Source: a virus (taxonomy: Duplodnaviria > Caudoviricetes). From it: a DNA stretch of 43,140 bases. The DNA is taken from IMG/VR virus record IMGVR_UViG_3300037419_001006, positions 1 to 43,140 of that record; one strand, given 5' to 3'. The notes beneath the pieces were generated by a model that saw only the letters and a list, made by a program, of their open reading frames with translations, did no database searches and had not been told where the DNA came from. A program made the position numbers and the translations under genes. Shown piece after piece: positions 17,053-25,319 of this stretch; the stretch's first letter is position 1, and every line of letters starts with the position of its first letter.

Positions 17053-17301
17053 ATGGCCGAAAAGCATCCAAAACGCCCCCGCGACCCGAATCAGCTTGCC
17101 AGGCTGATCGTCGATATCGCCTCTGGGGAAGCCGAAGAAAACGACCCAAACGCGGGCAAGGACCCGGCCGCCGTGGCACTCGGCCGCCGTGGCGGACTCA
17201 AGGGCGGCCACGCCCGCGCCAAGAAGCTGTCTGCTAAACAATTGAGTTCTATAGGGAAAAAGGGAGCGGCTGCGCGCTGGAAAAATAAAGGCGCTACGTA
17301 G
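17053..17301 (+). CDS. Small basic protein (KRPRDPNQLA...LGRRGGLKGG), IS-associated
   Basis: 82 aa, Lys/Arg-rich; a family I recall beside IS1-like transposases. Confidence 0.7.
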   Translation: MAEKHPKRPRDPNQLARLIVDIASGEAEENDPNAGKDPAAVALGRRGGLKGGHARAKKLSAKQLSSIGKKGAAARWKNKGAT

Positions 17302-17410
17302 CCCTTTCATGGCAACTTTTTTGCCTTAACCATATTGTGTTTTGTCAGGGCCTCACTTAAGATGCCCTCGGCTAGCGGCTGCCATTCGATCCGCTGGCGA
17401 GGAGGCAAGG

Positions 17411-17962
17411 ATGAGCGAGCCCTACAAGCTCCGTATCAAGATCGGCGACGCCGAGTTCGAGGCCGAGGGCGACCAAGCCACGGTCGATGCTCAGTTCGCC
17501 GCGTTCATGGCCGCGATGTCGGCGCAGCCGAGGGCCGCAGCCGCGCCCGCCGCTGCCACTCCCCCGGCGCCGGACAACGGCAACGGCGGCGGTAACGGCG
17601 GGGCCGACAACGGCCAGGTTGGCGACGCCGCCGATCCGATGGTCCGGAAGGCGTTCTCGACAGCGAAGGACATGGTGTCGCTGAACGTGCTCCCCAACAA
17701 GAGTCCCAACAAGGAAGCCGACACGCTTCTGATGCTTCTGTACGGCTTCGCCATTCTCAAGGATCAGGAGATGGTGCTCGGCACACAGCTGATCCGCGCG
17801 GCTCGCCAGTCGGGGATCACGCTTGAGCGTATCGATCGAGCAATCGCGAAGCATGAGTCGCTGCTGCTCAAGGGCGGTCAGCGCAAAGGCATGAGATATG
17901 GCCTGAATAATCAGGGCAAGAAGGAAGCGAAGGAGATGCTTACCGCTTTGCTCAGCGCCTAA
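17411..17962 (+). CDS. Passenger hypothetical protein with possible C-terminal winged helix
   Basis: RBS GGAGG before ATG 17411; C-terminal YGLNNQGKKEA wing-like segment. Confidence 0.65.
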   Translation: MSEPYKLRIKIGDAEFEAEGDQATVDAQFAAFMAAMSAQPRAAAAPAAATPPAPDNGNGGGNGGADNGQVGDAADPMVRKAFSTAKDMVSLNVLPNKSPNKEADTLLMLLYGFAILKDQEMVLGTQLIRAARQSGITLERIDRAIAKHESLLLKGGQRKGMRYGLNNQGKKEAKEMLTALLSA

Positions 17963-17967
17963 ACGAT

Positions 17968-17997
17968 GAAGCCGAGGGGCTGCCACCCCTCGGCTTC
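17968..17997 (+). terminator. Perfect 12-bp hairpin, probable terminator
   Basis: GAAGCCGAGGGG-CTGCCA-CCCCTCGGCTTC just after the stop; weak U tract. Confidence 0.55.
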
Positions 17998-18254
17998 TGG
18001 TCCCCAGAACCTAGCTTGGAGGCAAGGATGCTCACCGCCGTTTGGCGGAGTGGGTACGTGCACCTTATGCCCATTCCGCCACCAAATTGCAAGCCCTAGG
18101 GCATATCCGGCCCCGCCGACCGCTCATAAATATCCTCTGATTCCAGAGAGATGTGTGGACGTGCGGCGGGGTCCGCGATTTTTTCTGCCCGTCACGTCGC
18201 CATGATGCCGTATTTGCTTGACATAAACCTAAGCGGTCAGGCATAAAGGTCAGT

Positions 18255-19154
18255 ATGAAAAGGCTGCCACCTTTGGAACGCGCTCGCATCCTCCACCTAC
18301 TTTGCGAAGGCATGAGCATCCGGGCCGTCGCCCGCCTGACCGGCTCCAGCAAGGATACCGTCACCAAGCTGCTGGTGGACGCCGGTAAGGCTTGCATGGC
18401 CTATCACGATCAGTTCGTGCGCCGGGTCGAGGCGAAGCGGATTCAGGTCGATGAAATCTGGACGTTCACCTACGCCAAACAGAAGAACGTCACCGAGGCC
18501 GCGCCGGAGGGTGCGGGCGATACCTGGACCTGGACGGCAATCGACGCCGACACCAAGTTGATTGTCTCCTATCTTGTCGGCCAACGCGACGCCGAATGTG
18601 CGCTCGACTTCATGCACGATCTACGGTCGCGGCTCCGCAACCGCGTCCAACTGACCTCGGACGGGCTGGCGAATTACCTGGTCGCGGTCGAGGGCGCCTT
18701 TGGCGATGACGTAGACTACGCGCAGCTGGTCAAAATCTACGGCGAGCCTCGCTACGCAACTGGCCCTGACCGCCGCTACAGCCCCGGCGAATGCTGTGGA
18801 GCGCGCAAGCGCCGCGTCGTCGGCAACCCCTGTCCGTCAAAGGTCAGCACGTCCTTTGTCGAGCGCCAGAACCTCACGATGCGGATGCACATGCGGCGCT
18901 TCACGCGGCTCACCAATGCCTTCTCGAAGAAGGTCGAGAACCACGCTTACGCGGTCGCGCTTCACATGATGTACTACAACTTTGTCCGCATCCATCAGTC
19001 CCTGCGCGTCACTCCCGCCATGGCGGCCGGCATCAGCGATCGGCTTTGGGAGATTGGCGATATCGTTGCGCTGATCGAGCGCGCGGAGAGCCGGATTGAT
19101 CGCAAGCGCGGTCCCTACAAAAAGGGCCAAGCCAACGCGCAATCCTCTGATTAA
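18255..19154 (+). CDS. IS1-family DDE transposase (single ORF, N-terminal HTH)
   Basis: IQVDEIWTF, WTWTAIDADTKLI, LTSDG, TSFVERQNLTMR...RFTRLTNAFSKK. Confidence 0.9.
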   Translation: MKRLPPLERARILHLLCEGMSIRAVARLTGSSKDTVTKLLVDAGKACMAYHDQFVRRVEAKRIQVDEIWTFTYAKQKNVTEAAPEGAGDTWTWTAIDADTKLIVSYLVGQRDAECALDFMHDLRSRLRNRVQLTSDGLANYLVAVEGAFGDDVDYAQLVKIYGEPRYATGPDRRYSPGECCGARKRRVVGNPCPSKVSTSFVERQNLTMRMHMRRFTRLTNAFSKKVENHAYAVALHMMYYNFVRIHQSLRVTPAMAAGISDRLWEIGDIVALIERAESRIDRKRGPYKKGQANAQSSD

Positions 19155-19201
19155 TTTGGGAAATCGAGTCAGATCAAAGGGTTAGCAAGTACCTGATTCG
19201 A

Positions 19202-19231
19202 TTGACTTATTGGCCCACCTGTGCTATATAC
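19202..19231 (+). promoter_or_regulatory. Sigma70-type promoter pointing at the structured RNA
   Basis: TTGACT-17 bp-TATATA (GCTATATAC resembles alphaproteobacterial -10 elements). Confidence 0.6.
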
Positions 19232-19237
19232 GTCGTA

Positions 19238-19289
19238 CACCGGGGATGCGTCGGAATCGCATCGCGGGCTGGCAACGGCCCACCCGGTG
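19238..19289 (+). ncRNA. Three-way-junction RNA convergent with DUF3800 gene (candidate DUF3800-type RNA motif)
   Basis: CACCGGG/CCCGGTG closing stem, GATGCG/CGCATC hairpin, GGGCTG-GCAA-CGGCCC hairpin. Confidence 0.6.
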
Positions 19290-19297
19290 GCTTCCCC

Positions 19298-20062
19298 TCA
19301 AACCCACCCCTGCGTTGGGAATTTCACCAGCCCGAAGCCTTCAACCTTACCCGCCGGGGATCGGCGGAATGACGGCTCAATCTGGTCATAATAGTGCGCG
19401 TCGTCGGAGTTGAACTTTCGCCCGACCGCACCAGCCACCATGTCCGCCAATTGGATGCCGACGCTGTTGTGGGACGGGGTCAGGAAGATCGTTTCAATGT
19501 AATTGCTGTAGGTACTGAACACCGGCGCATCGGCCTCGATAAATTTGTGGTGCTGATATCGCAGGGCGTCGTCCTGGGTTTTGCCACGATGGTCGGCGAC
19601 CATGATACCGAGTTGGGCGCTTCCGACGTTCCGCTCCATGTCCTGAAGGAAATACTGAAAGCGCTCGGAAATCGGTTTGTAGGTGTACTGATACAAGTCC
19701 TCTTGGGTGTTGACGTAATCGGTGGCGTAGGCCGCCTCAACGCTCGCCACGCAAGCGATGATCTTCACAGCCCTCCGCTTTGCGATGATACCAAAGAAGG
19801 CTTTCCGGAACGCATCGCGCGCGCCTTGGTCGAGATGCTTCACGGGGCTTTTGGCGTCATTATTCTCCGGTCCGAAATAGCGCCACTTGATCTCGCCGCG
19901 CACTTTGAACTCGTCGCGAGCCTTAAGCGCCCGCAGCTCGTCGGAAATCCCGTGCCATTGATCCTCGTGGATGATGACGCCGCCAATGACAAAGTACGGC
20001 GGGCGTCCGACTTGGCCTGGATTCGGAGGCGTGCCCGACTCGTCGATGAAGCAGAGGTACAT
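19298..20062 (-). CDS. DUF3800 domain protein (RNase H-like fold)
   Basis: N-terminal YLCFIDESG and C-terminal SHNSVGIQLADMVAG. Confidence 0.85.
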   Translation of the reverse strand: MYLCFIDESGTPPNPGQVGRPPYFVIGGVIIHEDQWHGISDELRALKARDEFKVRGEIKWRYFGPENNDAKSPVKHLDQGARDAFRKAFFGIIAKRRAVKIIACVASVEAAYATDYVNTQEDLYQYTYKPISERFQYFLQDMERNVGSAQLGIMVADHRGKTQDDALRYQHHKFIEADAPVFSTYSNYIETIFLTPSHNSVGIQLADMVAGAVGRKFNSDDAHYYDQIEPSFRRSPAGKVEGFGLVKFPTQGWV

Positions 20063-20373
20063 GCCGGCATTATGGCAGACTGATTCGGCGCTCGTTAAGT
20101 CCGACAGGATTCAGAGGGGAATCCGGACGAAATTTCAGAGTAGGACACTACCGAACCACTCGCACCGAGGATCGAGTTCTTCTCCCGCCGCAATCGGAAG
20201 TCGAAGGAGCTGGTCTATTACTTCCGGATCAGAGCATCCAACGGCAAGATCGTCGTGCCGAGCCAGGGCTATTCGCGGAAAATCGACTGCATCCAGACCG
20301 CCTCGCACCTTCGCGGGACGCTGATCGAAGCCCGCATGTTCGACATGGACAAGGGCGGGGAGGAGATAGTCTG

Positions 20374-20817
20374 ATGTTCGGCCTCTCTACCGTCAAGCTC
20401 ATCGGCCTCGCCATTGCCGCAGCCGCCATCCTCTCGTTCGTGCTGCTCGCCTTCCACTGGAAGCACCAGGCTGCTGACCGCAAGGAGCAACTGGCGACCA
20501 TCTGCGCCGCGACCCGCACCGTCGCCGCTAATCCCAAGCTCGCGTGCAAGGCCGTTCCGCAGCAGATCACGCTGCTCGGTCAGGCGATCACCGACCTCAA
20601 GGCGGGCATCGCCAAGCAGAACGCAGCCATCGACGCGATGGGCAAGGAATCGGCACGGCAACAGGCGGACGCAGCAAAAGCCGCGCAGGACGCGCGTGAG
20701 CGAGCGCGAGGAGCGGAGGCTACTGCGGAGCGGCTAAGGGCGTCGGCACACTCTACCCAGCGGCTTCCTGGGGGCGTTTGCGAGCCGAGCAAGGCTGTGC
20801 AGGAGACGTGGCGATGA
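20374..20817 (+). CDS. Inner-membrane spanin (Rz-like)
   Basis: N-terminal TM plus Ala/Gln coiled coil; lysis region. Confidence 0.7.
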   Translation: MFGLSTVKLIGLAIAAAAILSFVLLAFHWKHQAADRKEQLATICAATRTVAANPKLACKAVPQQITLLGQAITDLKAGIAKQNAAIDAMGKESARQQADAAKAAQDARERARGAEATAERLRASAHSTQRLPGGVCEPSKAVQETWR

Positions 20818-21245
20818 TTGGAACGCAGCGCAAAGGGGGCCTTCAGCTCGGACGAGGCAGCCCCATCCCCTACAGCGATATTAGCGCCACCGTTGCTAGC
20901 CGCCCACACCGCAGAAGCCTGACGGTTCGGTGCGTCCGATTGGGAGCGCTACGTTCCGCGGTCCTTCTACCACTCGCGCTCACCGCTTGCCAGACCCCGC
21001 CCGTCCGCGATAGGGTGGTAACGGTCAGCGTGCCGATCGCTACCCATCCCGTGAAGCCAGCAGACGTTCCGCAACTGCCCGCTCCACTTCCGCCGCGGCC
21101 CAAGGATGCGCGGCCGGCACTGGACCTGGCGCTGGCCCAGGTATGCAGCTTCGTCGCTTATGCGGTTAAGGCTGATGCGCTGCTCCGGGTGAGCGCTGGA
21201 CTGCCGCCGATGGCGCCGCCCAAGTATCCGGAATGCGAACGCTAA
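20814..21245 (+). CDS. Outer-membrane spanin lipoprotein (Rz1-like); true start may be TTG 20940
   Basis: Lipobox LALTAC followed by Pro-rich segment. Confidence 0.65.
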   Translation: MIGTQRKGGLQLGRGSPIPYSDISATVASRPHRRSLTVRCVRLGALRSAVLLPLALTACQTPPVRDRVVTVSVPIATHPVKPADVPQLPAPLPPRPKDARPALDLALAQVCSFVAYAVKADALLRVSAGLPPMAPPKYPECER

Positions 21246-21517
21246 ACCGGCGTCCGCCTGTTGGTGCTGACTGATGCACCGAGGTTGAGCGGTTTCGGCG
21301 GATCGGGGAGCGGTTGCCAGTGGGTCGGCAGGCATTCGCTGTCGCAGCCTTGAACATAATTGGGAGCGGTTGGGGAGAACCACATGGTCGCCCGTTCGTC
21401 CCACGCGATCACGTCCAGTTGTTCGCCCTCTCCACCATCGGCCCATTTCCAAGGAATGTAGGCGAGGATGCGCGTCCCATCCTTCGGAGCAGTTTCAATC
21501 GGTTGCCAATCGTCCAT
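21242..21517 (-). CDS. DUF551-like phage protein
   Basis: WQPIETAPKDGTRIL...PTHWQPLPDPP. Confidence 0.75.
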   Translation of the reverse strand: MDDWQPIETAPKDGTRILAYIPWKWADGGEGEQLDVIAWDERATMWFSPTAPNYVQGCDSECLPTHWQPLPDPPKPLNLGASVSTNRRTPV

Positions 21518-21520
21518 TAG

Positions 21521-21778
21521 CTAATCCCTCTGTGTCTCTGATTGATGTGCGGGGGTGAGCGGCTTGCCGGTAGTTTTGGGCGGGCTTGTGTCCGCGAAGC
21601 GCTCGGCGGCGCGCAACACAACGCCTTCCGGCATCATCTCGATTGCCCGCACCAAGGCCAGCGCCTCTCGGATCGGTTCAAGGGCTAGGATGCGGTCGGC
21701 TATCAGATCGGCCTGCGTTCCTGTCCCGACGACCTTCAAGACTTCTTTGGCGATTTGGTGATGTAGTAACTCATTCAT
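21521..21778 (-). CDS. Hypothetical protein
   Basis: RBS GAGGG before ATG 21778. Confidence 0.55.
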   Translation of the reverse strand: MNELLHHQIAKEVLKVVGTGTQADLIADRILALEPIREALALVRAIEMMPEGVVLRAAERFADTSPPKTTGKPLTPAHQSETQRD

Positions 21779-21815
21779 TATGTGTTCCCTCTGTGTCCAT
21801 ATAGGTACAAGGTAT

Positions 21816-21886
21816 GGGCGATGCCTTCGGCCCGCGCTACTCGCGAGTGGAGCCGCAAGCGTCTCCGTCCTTCGGACGAGTATCGC
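21816..21886 (-). repeat. Structured early-operon element, copy G
   Basis: GCGAT-ACTC..GGAGAC/GGCTCC..GAGT-AGCGC..CGCCC on the minus strand. Confidence 0.8.
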
Positions 21887-22058
21887 TATCGCATTCAGTC
21901 CAATAGCCAAGAAACAAGCCCGATAGAAACATCGTCGTAAGCCCGAAGAGGTTGGCGATGCGAAGCCAAGTTGGAGCTCCCCACCCCGCCGTTCCAGCGA
22001 TTGCGCCTACAACGAGCAATCCAAACCCGATTTTTTCGCCTGTGTTGAATCGCCGCAT
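21837..22058 (-). CDS. Small 2-TM membrane protein flanked by element copies A and G
   Basis: RBS AAGGAG; stop lies within copy G. Confidence 0.6.
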   Translation of the reverse strand: MRRFNTGEKIGFGLLVVGAIAGTAGWGAPTWLRIANLFGLTTMFLSGLFLGYWTECDSDTRPKDGDACGSTRE

Positions 22059-22077
22059 AGGTCCTATCTCCTTTACG

Positions 22078-22137
22078 CCGGATAGTCACCGAATGGCCGA
22101 GACCGGAACGGGCTCGGTGCGAAGCATGACTAGCCGG
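22078..22137 (+). repeat. Structured early-operon element, copy A (truncated)
   Basis: CCGGAT-AGTCA..CCGAGAC/GGCTCGG..TGACT-AGCCGG; lacks terminal CGCCC. Confidence 0.7.
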
Positions 22138-22205
22138 ATTACGTCCATATTACAGATTGATACTAGTCCTTCGAGAGGGTGTCGGTTCATCATCATTACA
22201 GGAGG

Positions 22206-22586
22206 TCATTGCTGCACCTTGGGCGGCTCGATCGCTGACGCGGGTGGAAGCGTCTCATCATCATAGAGGCCCATTTCCTCATCGAGTCGCGTCATGCGCG
22301 CAAGCGGGTGCTCCGTAGTGGCTTGGCAGGCGGCCAGCATTGCGCGAGCCACCTCCTCTCCGGCATAGACGCTGGCAATCACCGCCACGCCCCTGTCTTC
22401 CGGATATGGCCTGACGTTGATGTCCCACGAGGTGACGTGGCCGAGCCGGTCAACGCAGGGACTGACCTCCCAATCCCACGCTCGCTCCAATGCGTTAGGG
22501 ACACTCGCCCGCAGGGCCGAGACTTCTTCAGGCTCGGCTTGCGAGTGGCCCGACCCCGAAGGGGGAACGCCCGTATTCTGTACCAT
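22206..22586 (-). CDS. Hypothetical protein; N-terminus encoded by element copy B
   Basis: RBS GAGGAGG. Confidence 0.6.
   Translation of the reverse strand: MVQNTGVPPSGSGHSQAEPEEVSALRASVPNALERAWDWEVSPCVDRLGHVTSWDINVRPYPEDRGVAVIASVYAGEEVARAMLAACQATTEHPLARMTRLDEEMGLYDDETLPPASAIEPPKVQQ
22498..22572 (+). repeat. Structured early-operon element, copy B
   Basis: GGGAC-ACTCG..CCGAGAC/GGCTCGG..CGAGT-GGCCC..CGCCC. Confidence 0.8.
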
Positions 22587-22871
22587 CTATCCCTCCTCAA
22601 CCCCAGCGTTCAGGGCGGCGCGCGTTACGCTTTCGGCCCAATCCTCATTGATGGCCTCGACGCTGTTTCGCGGCATACCATCGGTGTAGCCGTCGTAATA
22701 AGCCGCCTCCAGCATAGGTCTGACGACTTCGAGGGCGGATGCTGCGTTCTTCAGCCAAACAGGGCCCTCGTCCGCCCACACTTGGTCGAAGTCGCGGTTC
22801 GTGCCCTGAAGTTCGTCCACGAGCATCGCCCGCGCCATCCGCTCTACTAGTTCGGTATTGGTGGTGGTCAT
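22587..22871 (-). CDS. Hypothetical protein
   Basis: MTTTNTELVERMARAM...; coupled start. Confidence 0.6.
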   Translation of the reverse strand: MTTTNTELVERMARAMLVDELQGTNRDFDQVWADEGPVWLKNAASALEVVRPMLEAAYYDGYTDGMPRNSVEAINEDWAESVTRAALNAGVEEG

Positions 22872-23047
22872 GCTGCTTTCGGCTCGGTTGTCCAACTGGT
22901 TTCGTGATAGACCTCGACGGCGTAGGCCTTCCCGCACTCTCCGCATTCGAGGCGCGTGGTGCTTTCGTCATAGTAAAACGGCTCGTCGGGCGTTTCCTCG
23001 TGACCGCAGTACGGACATTTTGGCCCGCTAGTGCTGTAGAGTCGCAT
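22868..23047 (-). CDS. Small zinc-ribbon protein
   Basis: CPYC...CGEC; RBS GGAGG. Confidence 0.65.
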   Translation of the reverse strand: MRLYSTSGPKCPYCGHEETPDEPFYYDESTTRLECGECGKAYAVEVYHETSWTTEPKAA

Positions 23048-23061
23048 ACCTAATCCTCCTG

Positions 23062-23793
23062 TCATGCTGCCTCCCAAAGCTGGGCAAGCCTCAATCTCTC
23101 GCACGCAATGGCGAAATAGCTTTCATCCCGCTCGATCCCGATGAACTTCCGTCCCAACTGGACCGCAGCGACTCCGGTGGTTCCCGAGCCCATCGCATTG
23201 TCGAGGATCGTGTCTCCGGGATTGCTGTAGGTCGCGATCAGGTAGCGCATCAGCCGCACAGGCTTCTGTGTCGGGTGGACCACCTCCCCCTCGGCTTCCG
23301 CGGTCGGGAAGTAGATGATGTCGGTCGGGTATCTCGCACCCTCACTGGCCACCCTGACTGGCTCGAAATCTCCGTAGCTTCCGGTTTGTTGGGCTTTCCT
23401 CAAGCCTTTGTCGTAGGCGGTTCCAGATCCCATTTGCGGGTTGTAGGTGCCACCCTGGAACACGCAGATGTCCTCGTGCTTGCGGAGAGGCTGCTTCTTC
23501 GCGTTGAGGAAGTTGGTGGGTTTCGATTTCTCCCACACCAGCTTGTATTTGAACGCCCGCTCGTTCGAGAGGATGAGCTTGGCGGTGAATATGCCTTGAG
23601 ACGTGAGGACGACCGGCCCGCGGCACCGCCGGCGGTACTCTGTCCACAATCGATCGAGCGGAATCGCGCTGTCCCACTTGTTCTGGGTGGTGCCATAGGG
23701 GAGGTCACAGATAACCGCGTCCACCTTGCCCAGAGTTGGCATGATGGTGAGGCAGTCGCCTCGCAGGAGGGTGGCTTGGCCGATGGTGGTCAC
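23062..23793 (-). CDS. Orphan DNA methyltransferase (N6-A/N4-C, beta class)
   Basis: DLPY catalytic motif, HPTQKP, LDNAMGSGTTG SAM-binding motif. Confidence 0.9.
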   Translation of the reverse strand: MTTIGQATLLRGDCLTIMPTLGKVDAVICDLPYGTTQNKWDSAIPLDRLWTEYRRRCRGPVVLTSQGIFTAKLILSNERAFKYKLVWEKSKPTNFLNAKKQPLRKHEDICVFQGGTYNPQMGSGTAYDKGLRKAQQTGSYGDFEPVRVASEGARYPTDIIYFPTAEAEGEVVHPTQKPVRLMRYLIATYSNPGDTILDNAMGSGTTGVAAVQLGRKFIGIERDESYFAIACERLRLAQLWEAA

Positions 23794-23802
23794 GGCGCCA
23801 CC

Positions 23803-24040
23803 GCGGTAAGAGTGCGGTAACCGTTACCGCGAATCCGCATCTGTTCCCGCGCCGTTCGCGCAAGAGAACATCGAAAAACGGCGGATTTCAGCAGAAAAGC
23901 GCTAGTGGCCGTGCCTTGACATCGCAGGGGTCGCAAGTTCAATCCTTGCCACGCCCACCATTTCATCCCATTGGTATCAGCCATTTTTCGCCGCCTCGAT
24001 CCCGACAACCCTACCAGCGTGCGCGGTAAAGTCGCGGTAA
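23803..24040. other. attP: attP: core is the 3' part of tRNA-Val(GAC) at 23916-23960, with arm-type GCGGTAA repeats
   Basis: TTGACAT anticodon loop, GCAAG-TTCAATC-CTTGC T-arm and CCA end; GCGGTAA at 23803, 23814, 23824 (inverted), 24023, 24034; next to integrase. Confidence 0.85.
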
Positions 24041-25167
24041 AACGCGCCCGGGCACAGGCTTTCGATCTGGTCGATAATCATCTGCGTGGCAGCCAAAGCG
24101 ACCCCCAAATGAGCGGGGTCGGGCAGGGCGTAGATGTCGCTGGTCGAGGGCTTTCTGTGGCCCAGCATCGTCTCGCCCTGGATCCAGTCGCGCTCCCCGA
24201 TCAACGGGCGGGCATGATGGGACACTGACCGGCGAATGAGCTTCATCCCCGAATCGCCATGGCCCGGCAGGCCCAACGCGACCTCCATCCGCCGCCACGT
24301 AGATTTGCTGACCTCCTCGCGAACGATCGGGGCGTTGATGTCGAGGCTATCCAGCCACAGGCCGACGACCTCGGGCACCGGGACCAGCGCGCGGCGCTTG
24401 CGGGTCTGTCTCCGGCCTACCGGGTTGAGGTTGAAGGCTCGGGCCTGGCTGTTCCACTGGCCCCGTCTCGGGTCGGTTGAGGCGTCCAGAACCGCATCCG
24501 GTCTCGCCCATGTCGCCACGCTCAACCGCAGGAAGGTGAGCAGATTGGCCCGCCGCTTGCTTTTCAGCGCATAGCGGAACATCGCCGCCAGTTGAGGGAT
24601 GCTCGCGCGGAAGGATGGGGAGCGGGTGACTTCCGGCAGGGGGATCACCTTGAAGGCTGGTATCTGCTTGGCCCACCGCATCGCGGCCGCAAGCTGGAGG
24701 ACGCTGTTCTCGACGGTGGCCGGCGAGCGCTGGCGCTTGGAGCCGCGGATCGTCTGCTTGCCGAGCCATGTCCGGAACTTCCCGATCCAGCGTTCATCGA
24801 TCGCATCGCAGCGGATGTCCTTGTCTTTGAGCGTCCCGAGATAGCGGATCACATGGGCGAGGCGGTGCCGGATCGCATCCGAGCTCGCCGCCCGATCGCC
24901 GTGAGCGATCTGGTAATCAGCGATGACGGAGGCGACCAACGGGCTTACCCGGCTGACCGGCGGGACGTATTCGCCGCCCGTCGCCCTGAGATATTCGCGG
25001 TCGAGGGCGAGCTTGCCAGCCTCAAGGTCCGTTGTGCCCGCGCTAAGGCTTCGCTCCCTTCGCTTTCCGGAGTCGTACCAGACGATTTCGTGGTTCCGCC
25101 CTTGCCTTGGGTAGAGGGCGTAGTCTCCCCGCTGATAGAGCGGGTCCGGGCGACGTGTTCGCGGCAT
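23977..25167 (-). CDS. int: Tyrosine integrase
   Basis: TWARPDAV (Arg), LIRRS, LGH...SDIYA (catalytic Tyr); adjacent attP. Confidence 0.85.
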   Translation of the reverse strand: MPRTRRPDPLYQRGDYALYPRQGRNHEIVWYDSGKRRERSLSAGTTDLEAGKLALDREYLRATGGEYVPPVSRVSPLVASVIADYQIAHGDRAASSDAIRHRLAHVIRYLGTLKDKDIRCDAIDERWIGKFRTWLGKQTIRGSKRQRSPATVENSVLQLAAAMRWAKQIPAFKVIPLPEVTRSPSFRASIPQLAAMFRYALKSKRRANLLTFLRLSVATWARPDAVLDASTDPRRGQWNSQARAFNLNPVGRRQTRKRRALVPVPEVVGLWLDSLDINAPIVREEVSKSTWRRMEVALGLPGHGDSGMKLIRRSVSHHARPLIGERDWIQGETMLGHRKPSTSDIYALPDPAHLGVALAATQMIIDQIESLCPGAFYRDFTAHAGRVVGIEAAKNG

Positions 25168-25319
25168 TGGCGCTCCAGATATTCGCGGGTGGCGGCTTGC
25201 AGGGTGCCATAAGCACCGCTTGCGACCAATAGGGCAAGGTCGTCATAAGACAGGTGAAGTCCTCGCTGGATGTCCAGCTTGCGGTCCAGGCGCCGCATCA
25301 GGTCGGGAAGGGCGGTCAT
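24945..25319 (-). CDS. Putative excisionase-position protein overlapping the int 5' end
   Basis: Coupled ATG 25319; overlaps int by about 220 nt in another frame. Confidence 0.45.
   Translation of the reverse strand: MTALPDLMRRLDRKLDIQRGLHLSYDDLALLVASGAYGTLQAATREYLERQCREHVARTRSISGETTPSTQGKGGTTKSSGTTPESEGSEALARAQRTLRLASSPSTANISGRRAANTSRRSAG

Larger units (their letters stand above)
16988..20152 (+). mobile_element. IS1-family element with passenger genes (3165 bp)
   Basis: Perfect 23-bp TIRs GGTAGTGTCCTACTCTGAAATTT (16988-17010 and 20130-20152); 8-bp TSD GAACCACT (16980-16987 and 20153-20160); internal DDE transposase. Confidence 0.95.
16971..20374 (+). pseudogene. YegP/DUF1508-family gene interrupted by the IS (16971-16987 joined to 20161-20374, 76 aa)
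   Basis: Removing the IS and one TSD restores MSEEPLAPRIEFFSRRNRKSKELVYYFRIRASNGKIVVPSQGYSRKIDCIQTASHLRG... Confidence 0.85.

Noticed and set aside
20840-20850. CTTCAGCTCG shared with 16913-16922
   Set aside because: A single 10-mer match can arise by chance in 43 kb, and I saw no extended similarity
23916-23960. tRNA gene
   Set aside because: Only the 3' part (anticodon loop to CCA) is present, with no D-arm or 5' acceptor strand; it is the attP core
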